Positions 57,592 to 64,000 of a DNA stretch of 64,000 nucleotides are shown here, piece by piece (position 1 is the stretch's first letter; each line of letters opens with the position of its first letter). Position numbers and translations under genes: made by a program. This stretch comes from Clostridiaceae bacterium (GTDB lineage Bacteria; Bacillota; Clostridia; CAYPLH01; DUMO01): contig DUMO01000072.1 of NCBI GenBank assembly GCA_012839865.1, positions 1 through 64,000 of the forward strand, written 5' to 3'. The notes under the pieces are model-generated. The model worked only from the letters and a program-made list of their open reading frames with translations, had not been told where the DNA came from and did not search any database.

Positions 57592-58776
57592 ATGAGGGAT
57601 TATAAGTCAATCGCTGTCTGGAAAGATGTGACGGAGGAGCAATGGAATGACTGGAGATGGCAGATAAAAAACAGGATTACAACAACTGAAGCACTGTCGG
57701 AAATCATTGACCTCAACCCGTTGGAAAAACAGGCAATTGATATTTGCCTGAAAAGCTACAGAATGGCAATTACACCTTACTATGCGACGCTGATGGATCC
57801 TTTGAATCCTGATTGTCCTGTGAGAATGCAAAGCATACCCTCTATAAAGGAATTGGCCTATCAGGCCTGTGAAATGAGTGATTCTTTGGGAGAAGAGCGT
57901 TATTCCCCCGTAAAGAACCTGGTTCACAGGTATCCTGACAGGGTGCTGTTTTTGATAACCCACAAATGCTCAATGTATTGCAGGCATTGCACAAGGAAGC
58001 GGCTTGTGGGGGAGGAGGACTTCTCCATAACCGGAAAGGAACTTGAAATTGCCCTGGATTATATAAGGAAACACACGGAAATCAGAGATGTACTTCTTTC
58101 CGGGGGCGATCCCTTTGTGATGTCCGACCAATACCTGGAGAATATTATTTCAAAGGTCAGGGAGATTCCCCATGTGGAGATAATCCGAATAGGCACCAGA
58201 ACTCCTGTGGTTCTTCCCATGAGAATTACAGACAGCCTTTTGAACATGCTGAAAAAGTATCATCCTGTTTGGATAAACACGCATTTCAACCACCCGGTTG
58301 AGGTTACGAAGGATTCTGTACTGGCCTGTGAGAAAATAGCCGATGCAGGCATCCCTCTGGGGAACCAAAGTGTGCTTTTGAGAGGGGTCAACGATAACCC
58401 GGATACATTGAAAGAACTGTATCACAAGCTTGTGAAAGCAAGGTGCAGGCCATACTACCTGTATCAATGCGACCTTGTAAAAGGCCTTGGACACTTCAGG
58501 ACACCGGTTGAAACGGGAATAAATATAATACATGCTCTCCGGGGATACACATCAGGGTTTGCAGTGCCCCAATTTGTTATAGATGCTCCCGGGGGAGGAG
58601 GCAAAATACCCATTAACCCAGATTATGTTATTTCCATGACTGAAGGTAATGTCATAATGCGAAACTATAAAGACGAGATTTATGTTTATCCAAATGTACC
58701 AAGGGAAGCAGTTCCTGCCGCTGTTCAGACAAATCATGAAGTTGTGGGAATAAAGAAGGCAAACATACCGTCGTAA
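57592..58776 (+). CDS. kamA: KamA-family radical SAM/PLP 2,3-aminomutase (lysine-type active site)
   Basis: HRYPDR, CSMYCRHC (CxxxCxxC), LLSGGDP, RIGTRTP, YQCD and DAPGGGGK; its RBS overlaps the ATP-grasp stop codon. Confidence 0.9.
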   Translation: MRDYKSIAVWKDVTEEQWNDWRWQIKNRITTTEALSEIIDLNPLEKQAIDICLKSYRMAITPYYATLMDPLNPDCPVRMQSIPSIKELAYQACEMSDSLGEERYSPVKNLVHRYPDRVLFLITHKCSMYCRHCTRKRLVGEEDFSITGKELEIALDYIRKHTEIRDVLLSGGDPFVMSDQYLENIISKVREIPHVEIIRIGTRTPVVLPMRITDSLLNMLKKYHPVWINTHFNHPVEVTKDSVLACEKIADAGIPLGNQSVLLRGVNDNPDTLKELYHKLVKARCRPYYLYQCDLVKGLGHFRTPVETGINIIHALRGYTSGFAVPQFVIDAPGGGGKIPINPDYVISMTEGNVIMRNYKDEIYVYPNVPREAVPAAVQTNHEVVGIKKANIPS

Positions 58777-58884
58777 AGAATGCTCTTTCCGGAAGAAAAT
58801 GTTCTTTTCAGGGAACTTGCAAAGAAATTGAAGGGGCTGCCAAAAGGTTTTTTTACCTGAGGGCCACTTCTCAATTGATAATAA

Positions 58885-58923
58885 AAAGATGGCTGTTATC
58901 CGTTCAGGATGGCAACCATCTTT
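58885..58923. terminator. Terminator between kamA and ABC pair 3
   Basis: AAAGATGG...CCATCTTT inverted repeat between convergent genes. Confidence 0.7.
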
Positions 58924-58998
58924 GTCATATTGTGCTATGCATGTCTTTTACCTTTTCCGGTCTTGAGAGGAGAAACTGACTAAAGCTCCTTTTATTAT

Positions 58999-60882
58999 TT
59001 AAGCGATTTCATTCATTATGGTGTCAATATCTTCTCCATCATACTGGAGTTTGTACAGGTTGTAATAAAGACCTTTTTTCTCAAGCAATTCCTGGTGGGA
59101 ACCGGATTCCCGTATGGTTCCCTTGTGAATTACCAGTATTTTGTCCGCCTTCTGTATGGTTGACAAACGATGGGCAATGGCTATGCTGGTTCTCCCGCTC
59201 AATAGCTTGACCAGGGCTTTTTGAATCAGTATTTCGGTTTCGGTATCTATGTTGGATGTTGCTTCATCCAGTACCAATATGGCAGGGTCAAATACAAGAG
59301 CTCTGGCAAAGGAAAGAAGTTGCCTTTGTCCTGCCGACAGGGTGGTTCCTTTTTCATTGACCGGGTGTTTGTAGCCTTCGGGGAACCTGCTGATAAAGTA
59401 GTCTGCATTCACATACTCTGCAGCCTTTTTAACCTTATCAAAAGTTATACCTTCTTCAAATAGTTTTATATTGGTTTCAATGTCTCCAGAAAAGAGGAAT
59501 ACATCCTGGAGTACAAGGCCGATGTTTTTTCTCAGGGCAGTCTTCTTGATTTTTTTCAAATTGATTCCGTCTATGAAAATATCGCCCTTCTGTATTTCAT
59601 AAAAACCGCAAATCAGATTGATTATACTGGTTTTTCCGGCACCGGTGGCACCTACGAAAGCGGCGGTTTCACCAGGGTTGATTTTAAAGGAGACATCCTT
59701 CAATACCCAGTTTTCACCGACATAAGCAAACCAGACATTCTTAAACTCGATTTCGCCCCTGATTTCCTTAAGCTCAATTGTATCGTCGTCCTCAGGCTCA
59801 GGTTCGGGTTTTTCTTCCAGAAGGTCAAATATGCGTTCCGCTGAAACCATGGAGCTTTGCATTGTGTTATAGATTTCAGTCAGGTTCATAATTGGTTGGA
59901 AAAATTGATTTATATAATTGGTAAAGGCGTAAAGGGTCCCAAATTCCAGGATTCCGGAAATTATGTCCCGGCCTCCGAACCAGAGTATTAACGCAATGGC
60001 AAGGGAGTTGACTACATCCATAAAGGGCCTGAACAGGCCGTGGAGTATAATTCGTTTGCGGTTTGAGTCATAATACTCTTTGTTTGTTTTTTCAAACTCG
60101 TCGCATTTTTTATCCTGCATGTTGAATACCTGAATCAATTTCATGCCGGACACATGCTCTGCAAGGAAAGCATTCAGGTTTGCCAGGCGTGCCCTGATTT
60201 CCTGAAATATCTCCCTGGCTTTTTTCCTGAACATATATGTAGCCAGTGTCATGACCGGAAGCACCAAAAAACTAATTATCGTGAGCCGGACACTCAAGCT
60301 GAGCATGATGGCAACCACACCAATCATGACAAATATATCCTGCATCAGGCTTACAATCACGTTGGTAAACATCTCGTTCAGGGAATCGGTATCATTGGTT
60401 ACCCTTGTGACAATTTTTCCTACAGGGTTTTTGTCAAAATAGGAGACCGGCAGTTTTTGAATATGCCTGAATATCCTGTCTCTCAAGTTCATGACTATTT
60501 TCTTGCCTGCAAGATTTAAAATGTAAGTATGAAGATAACTGAAAGCAAACTCCATGACTACCAGACCGAAAAAAAGCACCCCAAGGGTATAAAGTCCTTT
60601 TCGGGCTGAGTCCGTGGGTAATTCCCCTGAAAGGCCTTTACTCATATATTCGTCTATTGCAATTTTTGTTATATATGGTCTTGCAAGTCTTGAAGAGGAA
60701 ACTGCAAGTATAAGAATCAATGCTGCAAGGAATAAATGCAAGTATGGTTTGGCAAATCGGCTCATTTTTTTGATAAGTTTAAAATCATATATTTTGCCAT
60801 CCACTCTTTCGTCTTCCGACAGGCCGCCTCTGGCACCTCCGGCTCCATGCATCATTCCTCCGAATCCTAAACCTCCGGCCAT
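58999..60882 (-). CDS. ABC exporter half-transporter, BmrD/YheH-like (pair 3B)
   Basis: DKNPVGKIVTRVTND, GATGAGKT, LSAGQ, VLDEAT, AHR; Gly-rich N-terminus; short extracytoplasmic loop. Confidence 0.93.
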   Translation of the reverse strand: MAGGLGFGGMMHGAGGARGGLSEDERVDGKIYDFKLIKKMSRFAKPYLHLFLAALILILAVSSSRLARPYITKIAIDEYMSKGLSGELPTDSARKGLYTLGVLFFGLVVMEFAFSYLHTYILNLAGKKIVMNLRDRIFRHIQKLPVSYFDKNPVGKIVTRVTNDTDSLNEMFTNVIVSLMQDIFVMIGVVAIMLSLSVRLTIISFLVLPVMTLATYMFRKKAREIFQEIRARLANLNAFLAEHVSGMKLIQVFNMQDKKCDEFEKTNKEYYDSNRKRIILHGLFRPFMDVVNSLAIALILWFGGRDIISGILEFGTLYAFTNYINQFFQPIMNLTEIYNTMQSSMVSAERIFDLLEEKPEPEPEDDDTIELKEIRGEIEFKNVWFAYVGENWVLKDVSFKINPGETAAFVGATGAGKTSIINLICGFYEIQKGDIFIDGINLKKIKKTALRKNIGLVLQDVFLFSGDIETNIKLFEEGITFDKVKKAAEYVNADYFISRFPEGYKHPVNEKGTTLSAGQRQLLSFARALVFDPAILVLDEATSNIDTETEILIQKALVKLLSGRTSIAIAHRLSTIQKADKILVIHKGTIRESGSHQELLEKKGLYYNLYKLQYDGEDIDTIMNEIA

Positions 60883-61057
60883 GTATAATCCTCCCTGTTA
60901 TTTTATAATTTCCGTTTTTTATTGTGTCTCTATTTGCTTCAGAAATAGTACTTTTCTTTGTTTTTGGAGAGGTTCTCCAACATCTAACGGATTTACATAT
61001 TTTTAAATATTTTTCTCATTGGATATTTTAAGCGGTTATCCATAAAACGCTCTTTCA

Positions 61058-62929
61058 TTATGCACTCTGTATTTGTTCTTCCAGCATCTGCCTCTGGTAG
61101 ATTTTATAATAGAAGCCCTTTAGCCTGATAAGCTGCTCATGTGTTCCTTGCTCTACAATCCTGCCATTATTTAACACGATAATCTCGTCGGCATCTTTTA
61201 TTGTGGAAATCCTGTGGGCAATAAAAATACAGGTTTTATCCTTCATGATTGCCTTAAGACCGTCCAGTATTCTTTTTTCAGTACTTGTATCAACAGCGGA
61301 AAGACAGTCGTCAAGAATAAGGATGGATGGGTCCTTTATAATGGCCCTTGCAATTGAAATTCTTTGCTTCTGTCCACCTGAAAGGTTTACGCCCCGCTCA
61401 CCAACCATTGATTCATATTTTTCAGGAAAGTCCATTATATTATCGTGCACCTGGCTAATCTTTGCAGCATTTTGGATTTCCTCCAAATCCTTTTCGTCAG
61501 GTGAAAAATTGATATTGTCCTTTACGGCGGCGGAAAAAAGGAAATTATCCTGGGGTACGTATCCAATGCTTTCTCTCAAAAGTTCCAGAGGAATGTCCAT
61601 TATATCAGTTCCGTCAATAAAAATCTGTCCTCTTGAATTTGGGTTGTATAGCCTCAAAAGAAGACTGGCGATGGTTGATTTCCCGCTGCCGATTTTGCCA
61701 ATTACCGCTATTGTCTTTCCCTGTTCAATTTTGAGGTTTATATCCTTCAGCACGGGTTTTGACATATTGTCGTAGCTGAAAGTAAGGTTTCTGAATTCTA
61801 TGTTTCCTTTGAGTTTGCGTTCTGGTTCCAGGTTATTGTTGAGGGCTTTTTCATCATCGAATACATCAGGCTTTTCATGGAGCAGCTCTTCAACCCTCGA
61901 AGCAGAGGCTTTGCCTCTTTGTATGAAATTTATAATCATTCCGATGAATGCTACAGGCCTTACCAGCATTCCTATGTAGCCGTTAAAGGCTACAAAATCC
62001 CCCAGGGAGATGGTGCCTGACAAAACCATGTTTCCTCCGTACAAAAGGGATATACAGTAGGATAATGTGGAAACCAGTGTTATCAAAGGACTAAAGGCCC
62101 CCTGAACTTTTACAAGAGCCATGTTTATCTTATAATTTCTTTCGTTTAATGCTTTAAAATTGGAGGATTCATTTTCTTCCTGGACAAAGGATTTGACAAC
62201 CCTTATGCCTGAAATGTTTTCCGTGGCTTTTGCAGTAATGGTTGCGAAAGATTCCTGAACTTTGAGAAACCGGCTGTGTATCAGCTTGCCAAATTTGGAC
62301 ATGATGATTATTAATGCAGGAAGAGGCAGGAAAATAGCCAATGTGAGTTTTGGATTAACGGTTTTGCCCATTATTGCTATGCTTGAAATGAGCAGAATTA
62401 AAGATTGGGCAATCTGCATAACTCCTCTCCCCAAAGCCTGCTCGGCAGCCCTTACATCATTAATCGCCAATGCCATGATTTCTCCTACAGGCTTCCTGTT
62501 AAAGAAATTGAGTGATAATTTCGTAAGGTGTCTGAAAATATCGTTCCTTATCCTTAAATCTATAAGGTTGGAAGCACCCTGCATGAGTACTCTTGTGAAA
62601 TAATTCAGAATGAAAACAAGTAAAGAAACCAGTACGATTATACCTGCATAAAAAGTAAGATTGTATGTATTCATTGTATTTTTGCCAAGCATGTCTATAA
62701 TATCGCCGGTTAGTCTGGGGGTTATCAATTGCAGAAGATCTACAATAATTACAATTGCAATACCGGCAATATACCTGAATTTAAACTTTTTCATATATTT
62801 AAAGAAACTGGTTTCCCTAAATGGAATATCAGGAGTTTTACCCCTGGCAGGTTCCGTACTTTTCCGGAAATTGCCGGAATGAATTTTCTTTTGTGCTATA
62901 TGGGGGTCTTCATTTTTTTGACTAATCAA
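61058..62929 (-). CDS. ABC exporter half-transporter, BmrC/YheI-like (pair 3A)
   Basis: GKIGSGKS, LSGGQ, ILDDCLS, AHR; start moved to TTG 62929 (RBS AAAGGAGG). Confidence 0.93.
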   Translation of the reverse strand: MISQKNEDPHIAQKKIHSGNFRKSTEPARGKTPDIPFRETSFFKYMKKFKFRYIAGIAIVIIVDLLQLITPRLTGDIIDMLGKNTMNTYNLTFYAGIIVLVSLLVFILNYFTRVLMQGASNLIDLRIRNDIFRHLTKLSLNFFNRKPVGEIMALAINDVRAAEQALGRGVMQIAQSLILLISSIAIMGKTVNPKLTLAIFLPLPALIIIMSKFGKLIHSRFLKVQESFATITAKATENISGIRVVKSFVQEENESSNFKALNERNYKINMALVKVQGAFSPLITLVSTLSYCISLLYGGNMVLSGTISLGDFVAFNGYIGMLVRPVAFIGMIINFIQRGKASASRVEELLHEKPDVFDDEKALNNNLEPERKLKGNIEFRNLTFSYDNMSKPVLKDINLKIEQGKTIAVIGKIGSGKSTIASLLLRLYNPNSRGQIFIDGTDIMDIPLELLRESIGYVPQDNFLFSAAVKDNINFSPDEKDLEEIQNAAKISQVHDNIMDFPEKYESMVGERGVNLSGGQKQRISIARAIIKDPSILILDDCLSAVDTSTEKRILDGLKAIMKDKTCIFIAHRISTIKDADEIIVLNNGRIVEQGTHEQLIRLKGFYYKIYQRQMLEEQIQSA

Positions 62930-63039
62930 GTTGCTGCCTCCTTTACGGCTCAAAGATAATTTTTACGGCCATTGCTTTGAAGCCGGCCGTTTAGTTGATA
63001 TTTTCATAAACCCTGTGCAGAATAATTGCATGGGGCTGT

Positions 63040-63516
63040 TTAATGAAGAGTTGGTAAGGAATTGATGTCGCAGTCCAATACCTGCTCTACACCCTTCAGT
63101 ATGGCATCCGCAGCTTCAATAAACAATTTTTTCTCATTGTCTTCTATTTGGGAGAACAGTGTGTTTACAAAAGCTTCATGTTTCTCTATTGTTTCTTTGC
63201 GTACTTTTACACCTTCATCGGTCAGCTTTACCCTTATTACTCTTCTGTCGTCTGGGTCATTTATCCTCATGACAATGCCCTTTTCCTCAAGGAAATCCAC
63301 AAGACTTGTCACATTGCTGTTGACCTTTACAGCTCTGGCACTAATTTCGGACAGGGTGAGAGTTTCGCCGGGATTTATGCTTTTCAGTATTGAATACTGG
63401 TTCCATGCAAAACCTAACTCTGCCAGATTCTTTTTTACATTGTGCTGTATTTTTCTGTGAAGCTGTAAAACCCTTAAAAAACATTCTGTTGAGAGATTAT
63501 TCATCACATTCACCAC
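63040..63516 (-). CDS. MarR-family transcriptional regulator
   Basis: NQYSIL, LTLSEIS, NVTSLVDFLEEKGIV and DPDDRRVIRVKLTDEG winged-helix pattern; same strand, directly upstream of ABC pair 3. Confidence 0.92.
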   Translation of the reverse strand: MVNVMNNLSTECFLRVLQLHRKIQHNVKKNLAELGFAWNQYSILKSINPGETLTLSEISARAVKVNSNVTSLVDFLEEKGIVMRINDPDDRRVIRVKLTDEGVKVRKETIEKHEAFVNTLFSQIEDNEKKLFIEAADAILKGVEQVLDCDINSLPTLH

Positions 63517-63613
63517 TCTTTACGAGTTATAAAATTTATATATTATAAATATTATATTTTATAATATAATCAAAGGCAACAAGAATTTAAGCCGGCTTTG
63601 AATTGATTATCAG

Positions 63614-63823
63614 TTATGTGTTATCACATGCTTCAACCACCGGACATGCTGAACAAGTTAACTTGAATTGATTATTGGCAAAGCGCTCTAAGCTTTGCTT
63701 TTGTTTTTGTTGCAGATAAGAGCGCAGATGGTTGTTAACTTTAAAGTGCTGTTTACAAAAGCATCCTTCATTGCAAGGGTACACCATTATTAGCATTCTC
63801 TTTAATGGTAATGCTTTGTTCAA
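63614..63823 (-). CDS. Possible small Cys-rich protein
   Basis: ORF with six Cys (CNEGCFC ... CSACPVVEAC); RBS weak and start uncertain. Confidence 0.3.
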   Translation of the reverse strand: MNKALPLKRMLIMVYPCNEGCFCKQHFKVNNHLRSYLQQKQKQSLERFANNQFKLTCSACPVVEACDNT

Positions 63824-63923
63824 TGTGGTATAATATGATTAAAAATAAAAGGTATTTTAATTAAACTTCACATGCAGTATGAACAGCCAACGAAAGCATC
63901 AGGCGGTGTGAGAGGTTGGGGTT

Positions 63924-64000
63924 ATGAGTTTCGAGTTTCTGAACAAGGAAGAATACAAGGAAATAAAGCTGTTGAAAATGTCCGACAACAGGCATGGGGA
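63924..64000 (+). CDS. 5' fragment of a CDS running off the window
   Basis: RBS GAGAGG/GGGG before ATG; open frame MSFEFLNKEEYKEIKLLKMSDNRHG; upstream TGGTATAAT promoter element at about 63826. Confidence 0.5.
   Translation, partial: MSFEFLNKEEYKEIKLLKMSDNRHG

Noticed and set aside
57592..58776. Glutamate 2,3-aminomutase or EpmB
   Set aside because: Both substrate-binding Asp positions of the lysine enzyme are retained, and there is no efp/epmA linkage in the window.
63527..63563. MarR operator (TTATAAAAT...ATTTTATAA)
   Set aside because: Plausible by position, but the region is almost pure A/T, so inverted repeats arise by chance; not supportable from sequence alone.
63880..63915. Riboswitch before the final partial CDS
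   Set aside because: No recognisable aptamer or terminator in the short leader.
1..64000. CRISPR array, cas genes, prophage, integrase or full-length transposase
   Set aside because: No regularly spaced repeat-spacer series and no ORF with recognisable motifs for these; the repeats seen are palindromic and dispersed.

Overview
Chromosomal segment of a low-GC anaerobic Firmicute (Clostridia; a cellulolytic Acetivibrio/Thermoclostridium-like lineage is inferred from gene content, not established). It opens with the end of an rRNA operon (5S rRNA, tRNA-Asn). An 11-gene type IV pilus locus follows on the minus strand (pilB-pilT-pilC-pilA-pilM-minor pilin-pilN-pilO-minor pilin-PilX-like-secreted Fn3/beta-helix repeat protein). 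Housekeeping and metabolic genes come next: class II RNR nrdJ with tandem NrdR boxes, glpP plus a three-gene glycerol-3-phosphate oxidoreductase cluster, AraC/DMT, cimA, icd, a class B PBP, serC, a deacetylase, a PurO-type IMP cyclohydrolase, a sirtuin, Cu/Zn SOD and asnS. The last 25 kb carry three heterodimeric ABC exporter pairs, each with a different regulatory front end (leader-peptide attenuator, terminator leader, MarR). Two paralogous pairs bracket a four-gene block: G1P-dehydrogenase-like, HAD-IIA, a non-Ddl ATP-grasp ligase and a KamA-family aminomutase. The best candidates for an undescribed system are the ATP-grasp + aminomutase operon (possible beta-amino-acid amide or peptide pathway), the pilus-linked tandem adhesin, and the 30-codon attenuator. 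Intergenic DNA holds several small palindromic repeat families but no transposase, integrase, phage gene or CRISPR array was seen. All protein calls are from motif recognition by eye; no database search was run.
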